DNA of 64,000 bases from Eubacteriales bacterium (GCA_050309735.1 JBNRMS010000035.1:872-64871); one strand, 5' to 3'; numbered from the stretch's first letter, positions 10,013 through 20,220 are shown. Numbers and translations are program-made. Notes: generated from the sequence alone by a model not told the origin.

Positions 10013-10621
10013 ATGTTGAATTATACTTTTCCACAAAACTCGCTTGTCCCGATGGTCGTTGATCAGAACAGTCGGGGAGAAAGAGCTTATGACATCTTTT
10101 CACGCCTGCTCACCGACCGTATTATCTTTCTCTCGGACGAAATCAACGATGTAACCGCGTCGCTGGTTGTGGCTCAGATGCTCTACCTCGAAGCGCAGGA
10201 TCCGGATAAAGATATAAATTTCTATATTAACAGTCCCGGCGGCTCTATTTCGGCTGGTATGGCGATTTTCGACACGATGAATTTTGTCAAATGTGATGTT
10301 GCCACTATTTGCATAGGCATGGCCGCCAGCATGGGTGCATTTTTGCTCGCCTCAGGTGCAAAAGGAAAGCGCTCTGCCCTGCCGAACAGTCTGATTATGA
10401 TCCACCAACCGCTGGGCGGAGCCAGAGGTCAGGCGGCAGACATAAAAATTCAGGCTGAATTGATTCTTAGAATACGCGATAATATCAATTCGTTGCTTGC
10501 TGAGCGAACCGGCAAGACCATCGAGCAGATCGCGAGCGACACCGACCGCGACAACTATATGACCGCCGAGGAAGCTAAAAACTACGGGATTATCGACACG
10601 GTTATGGCACGTCGCGCTTAA
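10013..10621 (+). CDS. clpP: ATP-dependent Clp protease proteolytic subunit
   Basis: GMAASMG (Ser) and MIHQPLGG (His) motifs. Start moved to ATG 10013 (GGGAG upstream); ORF track start is 9944. Confidence 0.95.
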   Translation: MLNYTFPQNSLVPMVVDQNSRGERAYDIFSRLLTDRIIFLSDEINDVTASLVVAQMLYLEAQDPDKDINFYINSPGGSISAGMAIFDTMNFVKCDVATICIGMAASMGAFLLASGAKGKRSALPNSLIMIHQPLGGARGQAADIKIQAELILRIRDNINSLLAERTGKTIEQIASDTDRDNYMTAEEAKNYGIIDTVMARRA

Positions 10622-10651
10622 CCGACCGACACGCGAAAGGCTTACTTTATC

Positions 10652-11977
10652 ATGGCTAACTCTAATTCAAATACAAGAAACAATAAATCCGCTCGCTTTT
10701 GCTCGTTCTGTGGGAGAAATGAAAATCAGGCTAATTTTCTGGTTCCCTCGCCAAATGGCCTTTTTATCTGCGACTTTTGCGTTGAGGCCTGCGAGGATAT
10801 CATTTATAATAACCTCGCCCAGACGAGAGATACCACCGGACTTCTAACCTTTGAGGCGCTTCCCCGCCCCATGGATATAAAATCAACACTTGACCAATAT
10901 GTGATAGGGCAGGACGATGCTAAGGTCGCATTGTCGGTCGCGGTGTACAATCACTACAAGCGCGTTCTCAGCGCCGAAAAAAACAAAAAACTCAATGTGC
11001 GCCGCAGTCGCTCTCTGAAGAGCAAGGCCGAGGAAGCACAACCCGAGGAGATAGAGCTTCAAAAGAGTAATGTGCTCTTAATAGGCCCTACCGGAGTCGG
11101 CAAAACCTATCTCGCGCAGACTCTTGCAAAAACGCTGAAGGTTCCCTTCGCCATTGCCGACGCGACAACACTCACCGAGGCGGGATATGTCGGAGAAGAC
11201 GTTGAAAATATTCTTCTCCGCTTGATACAGGCTGCCGACTATGATATTGAGCTTGCCGAGCGCGGAATAATATATATCGACGAGATAGACAAGATATCGC
11301 GAAAAAGTGAGAACCGCTCGATAACCCGCGATGTTTCGGGCGAGGGCGTGCAGCAGGCTCTGCTAAAAATCCTTGAGGGCACAGTTTCAAATGTTCCTCC
11401 GCAGGGCGGCCGCAAACATCCGAATCAGGAGTTTATACAAATAAACACCGAGAACATCCTTTTCATCTGCGGTGGAGCCTTTGACGGGCTTGATAAAATC
11501 ATTGAGCGGCGCAAGGGCAACAACACAGTCGGATTCCAAGGCGAAATTCTCAAAAAAGATGAGCGGCGGGAGACGGGTATATTTAAGGATGTTATCACGC
11601 ACGACCTGATAAAATTCGGCCTTATTCCCGAACTTGTCGGGCGCATACCGGTTATCGTCACCTTAAACGACCTCGACCGCGAAGCGCTTGTCAGAATTAT
11701 CAGCGAACCTAAAAGCTCGATTGTAAAACAATATATAAAGCTATTTGAAATGGAAGGGGTCGATTTGATATTCGATCGCGCAGCTCTTGACGCGATAGCC
11801 GAGCTGGCAATATCCCACAACACCGGCGCGCGCGGTTTGCGTTCGATTATGGAAGGCATAATGACGGGCGTAATGTACGAGATTCCGAGCAGACGAGATA
11901 TTGAGACGGTTACAATAACCGAGGGCTGTGTCAAGGGCAATGAAAAGCCTGTTTATACTTTTAGATCAGCGAGCTGA
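10652..11977 (+). CDS. clpX: ATP-dependent Clp protease ATP-binding subunit ClpX
   Basis: N-terminal zinc ribbon CSFCG...CDFC, Walker A GPTGVGKT, Walker [10 protein letters not shown]. Confidence 0.95.
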   Translation: MANSNSNTRNNKSARFCSFCGRNENQANFLVPSPNGLFICDFCVEACEDIIYNNLAQTRDTTGLLTFEALPRPMDIKSTLDQYVIGQDDAKVALSVAVYNHYKRVLSAEKNKKLNVRRSRSLKSKAEEAQPEEIELQKSNVLLIGPTGVGKTYLAQTLAKTLKVPFAIADATTLTEAGYVGEDVENILLRLIQAADYDIELAERGIIYIDEIDKISRKSENRSITRDVSGEGVQQALLKILEGTVSNVPPQGGRKHPNQEFIQINTENILFICGGAFDGLDKIIERRKGNNTVGFQGEILKKDERRETGIFKDVITHDLIKFGLIPELVGRIPVIVTLNDLDREALVRIISEPKSSIVKQYIKLFEMEGVDLIFDRAALDAIAELAISHNTGARGLRSIMEGIMTGVMYEIPSRRDIETVTITEGCVKGNEKPVYTFRSAS

Positions 11978-12007
11978 CCTGCCTTATAAAATCACACAGC
12001 CTAATAT

Positions 12008-12043
12008 AGCCGCACATCCTGATTTCAGGATGTGCGGCTTTTT
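12008..12043 (+). terminator. intrinsic terminator after clpX
   Basis: AGCCGCACATCCTGA / TCAGGATGTGCGGCT 15-bp stem followed by TTTTT. Confidence 0.85.
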
Positions 12044-12082
12044 GACAAAATCAGATATTCAAGCCGAAATAAAGAACGAGTT

Positions 12083-12110
12083 GGGGAAGCCTCCTAAAAG
12101 AAGCTTCCCC
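12083..12110 (-). terminator. terminator-like hairpin after the Cys-rich protein gene
   Basis: GGGGAAGC-N12-GCTTCCCC stem; on the minus strand it is followed by a T-rich stretch. Confidence 0.5.
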
Positions 12111-12133
12111 CGGCGTATCTTTTGATGGCTGTA

Positions 12134-12985
12134 TCAACTTCCGCCGCACCTTTTCTCAACATTTCCGCCGCCGCTTCCAAAGGATGGGGTGGAAAATTCT
12201 CCGGTTGGGAATGCCATAGTTCGGAAAAGATTGCAGGGGTCACCCTCGCTTGCCGAGACGCACTCCTTGTCGGGAACGCTGTACTCGACGGCATTAATGA
12301 GATACTGCGCCGGTCTTACAAGCCTGCACACCGAGAATATCCCGATTGACACCGCAAGGTACTTTTCTCTTCTGTTAGGGCTGTTGCTCTCGTCGCACAG
12401 ATTCCCGCTCAGGCGGTAGGTGACCGCCTCGGGGATATCGCAAGCGCAGCAGCAGCAATAGCACTTTCTCTCTTCCCCGGCACAGAGGACGCGGGTCTTG
12501 AGAATGATTGGGTCGACAGCTTCAACCACAACCCGGGGTGCGTTCCTTGAGCAGTTGACCGGATCGGGCGAGGCGCAAAAATCATCAACATCGGGCGTGC
12601 TTCTGAACACGCTGACATTGCTTTCACTTCCGTAAAGTACTACGTTCTTTTCAACAACCGCAACACCTTCAAATTCCTGCGCCTTTCCGCCAACACAGGC
12701 CTCGCAGACCAGCTTGCAGTAGTATCTGATGGTAACTGTGTAGAACCCGCGGTTAAATTGCACCGGCTCAATGTTTATGTATGTCCATGCGATACAAGCG
12801 CTTTTGGTTCTGACGTTTGTCGTGCGCTCTATGATATCGTTTCCGAAATCAGTGAGTATGACCCGTACATCTTCAAAACAGTCCCGGTCACGGCAGGAGT
12901 CAAGGATTCGGTTTGCCTCGATGCAAACCGTTTCCCTGCCGGATGAGCCTCCGGAAGGGCCGCAACAAAAACGATTATCTGCCAT
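12134..12985 (-). CDS. cysteine-rich hypothetical protein (283 aa)
   Basis: ORF track 12134..13063; start moved to ATG 12985 (MADNRFCCGP) with GGAGG 8 nt upstream. Many Cys residues, including the run CYCCCCACD. No family recognised. Confidence 0.7.
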   Translation of the reverse strand: MADNRFCCGPSGGSSGRETVCIEANRILDSCRDRDCFEDVRVILTDFGNDIIERTTNVRTKSACIAWTYINIEPVQFNRGFYTVTIRYYCKLVCEACVGGKAQEFEGVAVVEKNVVLYGSESNVSVFRSTPDVDDFCASPDPVNCSRNAPRVVVEAVDPIILKTRVLCAGEERKCYCCCCACDIPEAVTYRLSGNLCDESNSPNRREKYLAVSIGIFSVCRLVRPAQYLINAVEYSVPDKECVSASEGDPCNLFRTMAFPTGEFSTPSFGSGGGNVEKRCGGS

Positions 12986-13193
12986 ATTAAAAAACCTCCA
13001 GTATTTATGAGGAGAAAAGACAATCTCCTCTAATATTTTATGCACTCTCCGAAAATTTGACATTGATCGTTGTTTGTTTTTATTGCATAAATGAAAAAAT
13101 TACCCCTCCTATACACCTTCTCTCATAATCGGGCAGCAATGGGCTCGGAAACAAATTGTTTCCAGAATCTTTTCAATATTTTTCTAAATGCTA

Positions 13194-13222
13194 TTGACAT
13201 TTAGTATTTTTTGTTATAAAAT
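13194..13222 (+). promoter_or_regulatory. sigma-A-type promoter candidate for the CvpA-like gene
   Basis: TTGACA (13194-13199), 17-nt spacer, TAAAAT (13217-13222). Confidence 0.6.
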
Positions 13223-13291
13223 TACACAAGGAATAATAACCTACTGTTAAAATAGGAATATGAACCTGTATCTTGTAAGGAGGTGTTTTCT

Positions 13292-14863
13292 ATGAATTAT
13301 TTACTACTATTATCGGTATTAATTGTCGTCATTAACTTAGCAGTGATCGGACTTGGTTTCTTATTTGGTTACCGGAGAGGTACAGGTCGGTCTGTTGTTA
13401 GGCTTGGTTACATTTTGGTTATTTCATTTATCGCCTATTTTCTCGCGATAGCCATCGCGAAGCCGTTGTCCGAAACTGTTTTTTCGGCGATAAAGCCCTA
13501 TTTCGACACAAACGAAACCCTACAGAAATATGCTCAAAATTCCACGGTTTTTGAGTCTCTCATCAGAGGATTGATTTCGTCAATTCTCGCGCCGATTCTC
13601 CTGCCGATTATATTTGCGATTTTCCAGGCGCTGTCGATGATTAAATTCAGGTTTATCGCCGACAAACTTGTAAAGCTAGTGAAAAAGGGCGGCGACCCGA
13701 TGACGCAAAAAAGCCGCCTTATAGGCGGAGGGATAGGCATGGTTCAAGGGTTCATTATTGCCTCGGCTCTATTAGTGCCGCTCTTTGTCGCACATACAAT
13801 TATTGCAACCGCGGAAGATAACATATCGGGAGGAACCGAGGCAGCGATTTATGCCCCGGAGGGCACTGGGATGCATTCGCTTTCGTTAAACAGACCCTCT
13901 GTTGCTAATAACCGCTTGGCCACTGGCTTCTTTAATTTCTTTGTTCTTCCTACCGGATCTCAATCGCTCACCCATATTGTTGGCAGTCCTTATAACCTTA
14001 GAACCGAAGGTCCCTTGCTTCTCGGGGCGGCGAATACCATGTTAATAAACTCGGGAGGTACAGGGTTCTTAGGTGGCGGCGGCACGGATGACGGCTCTGA
14101 TCTAACCGGTTCGGGCGGGAGCTCAACCGATACTAACGCCATTGTAGCTCTCTTCGCCAGTATGATACCCTACATCGAGCAATCGGAGCTGCTCTCGGAT
14201 TTAGCCGCAGACCTGCTCAACACAGCTGCGACCATCTGGGAGAGCGGTGAGAGCTTTCTCGGGGTATCTTTCAACACAGACAATGCGATTATCTCAAATC
14301 TCCTCTCCTCTCTTATCGAATCGCTTCGCAATGCCAATCCTAATAATGTATCAAGTATTCTGACCACCTTTTTTGTTGTCGACGAATCGGGTGAAAGCGT
14401 TATTGGAGGCATGATAAAAATGAAGTTTGACAGTGAAATTTTGCAAGATCCCGGCGATTCTCTCGACTCTCTTGTTGATATGCTAATCGCAATTAACAGC
14501 AATCCCGAGCTCTCTCTGATTGGCGAGAGCATCGGCGACATCGGAAAACAACTTATCAGCGAAATAGATATACCCGCCATTCCCGCAGAGAACACCGCGG
14601 TGTATGAAGAAATCGAAACGGCCCTTAAGAGCGCGATCAACACTATGCCCAGCGCAAACAGCTATAAGGAAAGCGTGTATTCTCTTTCTTCTGAAATAGT
14701 CAACATTTCCTCAAGCTATAATTATGAGATTGAGGACGCCGAGTCAAAGCTTATCTCGATAAGCCTTCTGTCTTATTTCGGCAGCTCCGAGAATATAACG
14801 GTAGACGGGCTGAAGGATTATTTCGGTGTTATCGACCCAGATGCCATTGAGGTGGGCAAATAA
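13292..14863 (+). CDS. CvpA-like membrane protein with long C-terminal extension (523 aa)
   Basis: ATG 13292 lies after AAGGAGG. N-terminal helices and the GYRRGTGRSVVRLG motif resemble CvpA. A Gly/Ser/Thr-rich linker and an acidic domain of unknown function follow. Confidence 0.6.
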   Translation: MNYLLLLSVLIVVINLAVIGLGFLFGYRRGTGRSVVRLGYILVISFIAYFLAIAIAKPLSETVFSAIKPYFDTNETLQKYAQNSTVFESLIRGLISSILAPILLPIIFAIFQALSMIKFRFIADKLVKLVKKGGDPMTQKSRLIGGGIGMVQGFIIASALLVPLFVAHTIIATAEDNISGGTEAAIYAPEGTGMHSLSLNRPSVANNRLATGFFNFFVLPTGSQSLTHIVGSPYNLRTEGPLLLGAANTMLINSGGTGFLGGGGTDDGSDLTGSGGSSTDTNAIVALFASMIPYIEQSELLSDLAADLLNTAATIWESGESFLGVSFNTDNAIISNLLSSLIESLRNANPNNVSSILTTFFVVDESGESVIGGMIKMKFDSEILQDPGDSLDSLVDMLIAINSNPELSLIGESIGDIGKQLISEIDIPAIPAENTAVYEEIETALKSAINTMPSANSYKESVYSLSSEIVNISSSYNYEIEDAESKLISISLLSYFGSSENITVDGLKDYFGVIDPDAIEVGK

Positions 14864-14879
14864 TACATAAGAAAAAGAG

Positions 14880-14907
14880 CCGCGGGGAACAAATTTGTTC
14901 CCCGCGG
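14880..14907 (+). terminator. intrinsic terminator after the CvpA-like gene
   Basis: CCGCGGGGAACAAATTTGTTCCCCGCGG palindromic stem followed by TTCTGAATTTT. Confidence 0.7.
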
Positions 14908-15006
14908 TTCTGAATTTTCGGTCGAGGGGGTTGTTAAAATCCTCCCACCGAAAATTATGCTCCAAAGTCAGCAAAGCCAAATAGCTCAAAAGTTTTTTAG
15001 GGGGGC

Positions 15007-15038
15007 ATGGGGGAACTTTTTTCAAAAAGTTCCCCCAT
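15007..15038 (-). terminator. terminator-like hairpin after the ABC transporter operon
   Basis: ATGGGGGAACTTTTT / AAAAAGTTCCCCCAT stem 18 nt beyond the permease stop. Confidence 0.55.
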
Positions 15039-15055
15039 ACGTATCCCCATATCCC

Positions 15056-16039
15056 TTACCTCTCCTCTCTGAAATACGAGAGTCCGAGGCTTGAGGGCGC
15101 CTGGTCTTCTTTTTTGCGGCGGAAGCTAATAATGATAAGAACGATGATTGTAACGACGTAGGGAGCCATTCTGGCGAGGTCTGCCGGAATACTGATGTTT
15201 ATCAGATTAGGCAGGAACTGATATAGCCAGTAAAGCGTTCCAAAGACATATGCCCCCCAAATGGCGTTTATCGGTTTCCATGTTGTGAAGATAACAAGAG
15301 CAACAGCCAGCCAGCCGAGATTTTGAATCTCACCGGAGGTCGCCCAAATGCCGTTGTTATAGTCAAGAACATAATAAAGACCGCCAAGGCCGGTTATGCC
15401 GGCGCCTATTGAGGTGGCAAGATATTTGTATTTTATCACGTTGATACCCGCGGCGTCGGCAGTTGCGGGATTCTCGCCGACCGCCCGCAGATTAAGCCCT
15501 GTGCGAGTTTTATTAAGAAAAAGAGTGAGGACTATCGCTAGCGCAATGGCAACATAGACCAGGAAGCCATAGGAAAAAAAGATTTCGCCGACAACGCCGA
15601 GCTTTGTCGATAAATATGGGATTTTCGCGCTGAAAACGCTGTTTGAATATTCAGCCTTTGTAGAAACCTCACCGTCCATTATAAAAACTCCGAAAAAGTT
15701 TGCAATTCCGATGCCAAAGGTGGTCAGAGTAAGTCCGGTAACATTTTGGTTGGCGCGCAGGGTTATTGTAATAAAGCTGTATATCAGCCCTCCAATAACA
15801 GAAGCGGCAAAAGCGCAGACAAGGGCAAGCAAAATAAGAATAAGAGCGTTAGGATTCTCGGCACCTTTTTCGTAATAATAGGCGCTTGCAAACCCCGCGA
15901 AGGCGCCCAGATACATAAGCCCCGGCACACCAAGATTAAGATTGCCCGATTTCTCGGTGATTATCTCGCCCATAGAGCCGAACATGATAACCGTTCCGAA
16001 CATTACTGTTCGAATAATCCAGGATATAAGATTAGTCAT
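15056..16039 (-). CDS. ABC transporter permease (BMP/nucleoside type, NupQ/YufQ-like)
   Basis: Polytopic membrane protein; last gene of the BMP lipoprotein-ATPase-permease-permease operon. Confidence 0.85.
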   Translation of the reverse strand: MTNLISWIIRTVMFGTVIMFGSMGEIITEKSGNLNLGVPGLMYLGAFAGFASAYYYEKGAENPNALILILLALVCAFAASVIGGLIYSFITITLRANQNVTGLTLTTFGIGIANFFGVFIMDGEVSTKAEYSNSVFSAKIPYLSTKLGVVGEIFFSYGFLVYVAIALAIVLTLFLNKTRTGLNLRAVGENPATADAAGINVIKYKYLATSIGAGITGLGGLYYVLDYNNGIWATSGEIQNLGWLAVALVIFTTWKPINAIWGAYVFGTLYWLYQFLPNLINISIPADLARMAPYVVTIIVLIIISFRRKKEDQAPSSLGLSYFREER

Positions 16040-17168
16040 TAATTTCGACTCCTTTCATTTCGGGTGTGTTTTTTGCTCTGGTTCGGAAAATCAGGCGATA
16101 GTTAAGGAAAAACTCGCTTCCGATTATAAAAAAGAGGATTATTCCCGATATGATATCGGATGCATAGTCATTCATTATGCTGTAGGTCGAGGCGATTTGA
16201 TGCGCCCCCTTCTCAAGGAAAACGAGCAAAAACGAGGTAAGCACCATATAGAATGCATTAAACTTTGAGAGCCACGCGACAATAATTGCGTCAAACCCGC
16301 GGCCTCCGCCGGTTGTCGTTGATATTGTTTGCGAGCCGCCTCCAACCAGCAGAAATCCGGCAATTCCGCATATGGCGCCCGAGATTGCCATGGTTCGTAG
16401 TATCACTTTTGAAACGTTTATACCGGCATATCTTGCCGTCTTCTCAGATTCCCCGACCACGCTTATCTCATACCCGTGCTTTGTGTATCTAAGATATACA
16501 AATATAATAACAGTGAGAGCAGCAATGACTATCAAATTAATTCCGCCCCGGTCGCCGAACACCACCGGGAACCAACCGGCCTTAGTGTCCATATTTATAA
16601 CTCCAAGGCTTGATCGCTGCCCCCTCCAAACATTAGTGTAGTATGCCACAAGTTGTATGGCGATATAGTTCATCATGAGTGTGAAAAGCGTTTCATTGGT
16701 TGACAGTTTGGCCTTGAATATCGCCGGTATAAGACCCCAGACAGCTCCCGCTGCCGCCGCGCCTAGCGCCATCACAGAAAAAAGCAGCCAGGGCTCAAGC
16801 GCGGAAAGTTTTAGCATACAGAAAGCCGCCCAGAGCGCGCCGACAAGCAGTTGCCCCTCGCCCCCGATATTCCAAAAGCGCATTTTGAAGGCCGGGGCCA
16901 GCGCCAGCGCGACTACAAGTAATTTTGCCGTTTCCTGAACTGCCCATTTTAAGCGCATAAGCTTCACTCCGCCAAATGTTCCCGCAAACATCGCGCGGTA
17001 AACGCCTATGGGGTCAAGCCCTGTTACAAAATAAATAAAGAGCGCGTCGATTATAAGCGCTGCGAGCACGGCGGCGGCGCGTATAGCTATTCCCTGCCAC
17101 ACCTTTATCGAATCACGCTTTATAATCCGCACAAAGGGCTCTTTTACAGTTGTTTTAGCCGAGTTCAT
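16032..17168 (-). CDS. ABC transporter permease (BMP/nucleoside type, NupP/YufP-like)
   Basis: Polytopic membrane protein; 8-nt overlap with the downstream permease and 4-nt overlap with the upstream ATPase. Confidence 0.85.
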   Translation of the reverse strand: MNSAKTTVKEPFVRIIKRDSIKVWQGIAIRAAAVLAALIIDALFIYFVTGLDPIGVYRAMFAGTFGGVKLMRLKWAVQETAKLLVVALALAPAFKMRFWNIGGEGQLLVGALWAAFCMLKLSALEPWLLFSVMALGAAAAGAVWGLIPAIFKAKLSTNETLFTLMMNYIAIQLVAYYTNVWRGQRSSLGVINMDTKAGWFPVVFGDRGGINLIVIAALTVIIFVYLRYTKHGYEISVVGESEKTARYAGINVSKVILRTMAISGAICGIAGFLLVGGGSQTISTTTGGGRGFDAIIVAWLSKFNAFYMVLTSFLLVFLEKGAHQIASTYSIMNDYASDIISGIILFFIIGSEFFLNYRLIFRTRAKNTPEMKGVEIND

Positions 17169-18745
17169 TGGTCTGCTCCCTCCCCGCCGTCTTTATTTGC
17201 ATTTTCATTTTTGTTGCCGTCGGCAAGGTTGGTCATCAACATTCCAACCTCCTCTTTGGTGGTTTTTCGAGCGTCGACTATCCCGTTAAGCCTTCCGCCG
17301 CATAGCACCAGCACGCGGTCGGAAAGGGCGAGCAGAACATCAAGGTCCTCGCCGACATATATGACAGAGACCCCCTTGGTTTTCTGCTCGTTGAGCAGCC
17401 GATAAATGGTATATGATGTATTGATGTCGAGCCCGCGTACCGCGTATGCTGTCATAAGCACGCTCGGTGCCGAGGCAATCTCGCGCCCGACCAGGACCTT
17501 CTGCACATTTCCCCCTGACAGGCGCCGCACCGGAGTCTTAACGTCGGGTGTAACAACCTCAAGTTCCTCTGCAATCTTTCCGGCAAGCTTCTTTGGTTCT
17601 TTCCTCTCTGTGAAAAAGGACGAGCCCTCACCGTAATTTTTGAGCATCATATTGTCCGCCATTCCCATAGAACCGACAAGCCCCATGCCGAGCCTGTCCT
17701 CGGGCACAAAAGAGAGCGCAACGCCAAACTCACGAATCTGCCGCGGCGTCTTACCCACAAGTTGTTGATGCTTCCCTCCGCCGGGCGGATAATACTCAAC
17801 GCTGCTTCCCTCGACCGGTTTTGCAAGTCCCGCAATTGATTCGAGCAGTTCCTTCTGCCCGCAGCCCGAGATACCCGCGATGCCTAAAATCTCACCGCTG
17901 TAAGCCTCAAAAGACACATTGTCGAGCGCAAGAACGCCGTCTGCGTTATAACATGAGAGATTTTTAACCGCCAGTCTTCTCTCGCGTTTAACCGGTTCGG
18001 GACGCTCAATATTAAGCTCTACCTTCTGTCCGACCATCATTTCGGTGAGCGACAGTTCTGTTGCTCCCTTAGTATCTACAGAGCCGACATATTCGCCCTT
18101 TCGTAGAATGGCAACTCTATCGGAAACTGCGAGCACCTCATGCAGTTTATGCGTGATAATGACTATCGCCTTACCGTCAGACTTCATATTTCGGATAACT
18201 GCGAATAGCTTTTCCGTCTCCTGCGGGGTCAGAACGGCGGTCGGTTCGTCAAGTATGAGTATGTCCGCGCCCCGCCAGAGCACCTTGATTATCTCAAGCG
18301 TTTGTTTCTCCGAGACCGACATATTATAAACTTTTTTGTGCGGGTCAAGAACAAAGCCATATTTTTTACATATCGCCGAAACCTCGCGAGCCACGTTCTT
18401 CATGTCAAACCTGCCGCCGCGCTGCCCGAGGATAACATTCTCGGCTGCGGTGAAAACATCCACCAGCTTGAAATGCTGGTGAATCATGCCGATTTTATTG
18501 TCGTATGCATCCTTGGGCGAGCGTATCGACACTTCCTCGCCGTTTACAAGTATCTGCCCCTCGTCGGGATAATATATGCCCGACAGCATATTCATAAGTG
18601 TAGTTTTCCCGCTGCCATTCTCACCGAGCAGCGAGAGAATTTCACCGTGCCGTATCTCAAGGCTCACATTTTTGTTTGCGACCACTTTGCCAAAGGACTT
18701 TGAAATATTCCTCAGTTCGACGGCGCTGCTTTTTTTATTGTTCAC
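17165..18745 (-). CDS. ABC transporter ATP-binding protein with two fused cassettes (NupO/YufO-like)
   Basis: GENGSGKT Walker A, ILILDEPT Walker B, second cassette with LSGGNVQK. GTG start 8 nt after GGAGGAAA. Confidence 0.9.
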   Translation of the reverse strand: MNNKKSSAVELRNISKSFGKVVANKNVSLEIRHGEILSLLGENGSGKTTLMNMLSGIYYPDEGQILVNGEEVSIRSPKDAYDNKIGMIHQHFKLVDVFTAAENVILGQRGGRFDMKNVAREVSAICKKYGFVLDPHKKVYNMSVSEKQTLEIIKVLWRGADILILDEPTAVLTPQETEKLFAVIRNMKSDGKAIVIITHKLHEVLAVSDRVAILRKGEYVGSVDTKGATELSLTEMMVGQKVELNIERPEPVKRERRLAVKNLSCYNADGVLALDNVSFEAYSGEILGIAGISGCGQKELLESIAGLAKPVEGSSVEYYPPGGGKHQQLVGKTPRQIREFGVALSFVPEDRLGMGLVGSMGMADNMMLKNYGEGSSFFTERKEPKKLAGKIAEELEVVTPDVKTPVRRLSGGNVQKVLVGREIASAPSVLMTAYAVRGLDINTSYTIYRLLNEQKTKGVSVIYVGEDLDVLLALSDRVLVLCGGRLNGIVDARKTTKEEVGMLMTNLADGNKNENANKDGGEGADQ

Positions 18746-18835
18746 CGGTCAGATTTCCTCCGAATCAAATCAAATAAAAACAACTGTAAAGGGAAGCTTG
18801 GTCAGCCTCCCTTTACAGCGTGTGAATAACTAATC

Positions 18836-20077
18836 TCAGCTTACGGACGGCACGTTAATACCGTCTATAATAATATCAAAGTAAGGAGCGCTGCGGAGCG
18901 TCGATTCGGCGAAATAATATTTATCGCCGCTATTGACTATTGTTTCCTTGCCGTCCATACCCCATGAACCGGTATAGCTGGTCAGGTGAGCGCCGTCCTT
19001 TGTGAATTTCGAGCAGTCAAAGATATGCAGGGTTCCTGCCTTGATGGAGGCAATCGCCGCGTCAACGGCTTCCTGTGTACCGGGGGCAACCGCTGCGGGA
19101 TTGAGCTTTGTTATAGCAACCGCGTCTTCGGAATAACCCTTGGCCCAGTCTGTGACTATATCCTCGCCTCTCATCACTGATCCGATAGCATATTCATAAT
19201 AAACCTTCCACTCGTTTGTCGCCGAGGTCAGAGCCGCGTCGGGAGCGGTGCCGATCATATCGACATTATAGCCCACCGAATATGCAATTTTCCCGTCTTT
19301 GAAAGCTTTCTGAACCGCGGCAGGAGCGCCGGTCGAGTCAGCGTGCTGGCCGATGATAACCGCGCCGTTTGCCATCATGGCCTCAGCGGCGGCACCCTCC
19401 TTCTCAATATCAAACCATGACGAGGTGTAGTTTACTTCCATCACGACATTTTCATAAATAGATTTTATGCCAAGATAGAAAGCTGTGAAGCCCGATACAA
19501 CCTCAGCGTATGAGAAAGCGCCGACATAACCGACCTTAACATTGCCGTCTGCATCAAAGCTGTTAGGCTGTTTTTCTTTTGTGAGTGTACCCGATTCGAC
19601 AAGCTCTTTAATCTTCATTCCCGCAACGATACCCGAGATATATCTCGACTCGTAAACGCAGGTGAAGGCATTTTTCAGATTTGAGAGACCGCTTTTGGCG
19701 GCTTTATCGCCTGTCATGGCAATGAAAGTGATATCAGGGAACTGGCGTGCAACCTGCTCCATATAGTCCTGATGACCGAACGAGTTGGAAATTATCAGCC
19801 CGCAGCCCTGTCCGGCGAGATCCTGAGCTGCCTGCAGGCAGTCTTCAGTGTCGTCGCGAACACTGTATTTCCAAAGAATTTGGCTGCTATTGAGATTTAG
19901 CGCTTCGGCGGCCGCGGTGATGCCGTCGATATGAGCTTTTGAATAGCCTTCTGTGGCGTCTCCGACTAAAATTACGCCGACTTTGAAATCGTCGTCGGTT
20001 TTTCCGCAGGACACAAGAGTTGCGGCAGAGATTACAAGAACAAGCGCAAGGATAGCCGCTAAGAGCTTCTTAGACAT
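18836..20077 (-). CDS. BMP-family (PnrA/Med-like) substrate-binding lipoprotein
   Basis: Lipobox LVSCGK; Bmp-family pattern; first gene of the operon. Confidence 0.85.
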   Translation of the reverse strand: MSKKLLAAILALVLVISAATLVSCGKTDDDFKVGVILVGDATEGYSKAHIDGITAAAEALNLNSSQILWKYSVRDDTEDCLQAAQDLAGQGCGLIISNSFGHQDYMEQVARQFPDITFIAMTGDKAAKSGLSNLKNAFTCVYESRYISGIVAGMKIKELVESGTLTKEKQPNSFDADGNVKVGYVGAFSYAEVVSGFTAFYLGIKSIYENVVMEVNYTSSWFDIEKEGAAAEAMMANGAVIIGQHADSTGAPAAVQKAFKDGKIAYSVGYNVDMIGTAPDAALTSATNEWKVYYEYAIGSVMRGEDIVTDWAKGYSEDAVAITKLNPAAVAPGTQEAVDAAIASIKAGTLHIFDCSKFTKDGAHLTSYTGSWGMDGKETIVNSGDKYYFAESTLRSAPYFDIIIDGINVPSVS

Positions 20078-20108
20078 TTAAAAATTCCTCCAAAAGTTTT
20101 AATATAAA

Positions 20109-20133
20109 AAGGGTAAACGCATAGTTTACCCTT
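20109..20133 (-). terminator. expression-platform terminator of the purine riboswitch
   Basis: Minus strand reads AAGGGTAAAC-TATGC-GTTTACCCTT followed by TTTATATT, located between the aptamer and the SD. Confidence 0.75.
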
Positions 20134-20150
20134 AATATCCTAAAAAAACA

Positions 20151-20220
20151 GCTTATAGTCGGGCAAATGTAGGCTGCCCGGTAGAAACTTCCCGACCTTT
20201 ATCTCGGGGGATATACAAGC
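20151..20220 (-). promoter_or_regulatory. purine riboswitch aptamer, guanine class
   Basis: Minus strand reads GCTTGTATATCCCCCGAGATAAAGGTCGGGAAGTTTCTACCGGGCAGCCTACATTTGCCCGACTATAAGC. It matches the xpt G-box almost position for position (UAUA J1-2, AAGUUUCUACC J2-3, CCGACUAU with C at the specificity position). P1, P2 and P3 all pair. Confidence 0.9.

Noticed and set aside
14864-15055. Coding-strand switches at ~15.0 kb (convergent) and ~52.9 kb (divergent) as a replication terminus or origin
   Set aside because: The two switches are only 38 kb apart. There is no dnaA, no DnaA-box cluster and no dif-like site, so ordinary operon boundaries explain them.
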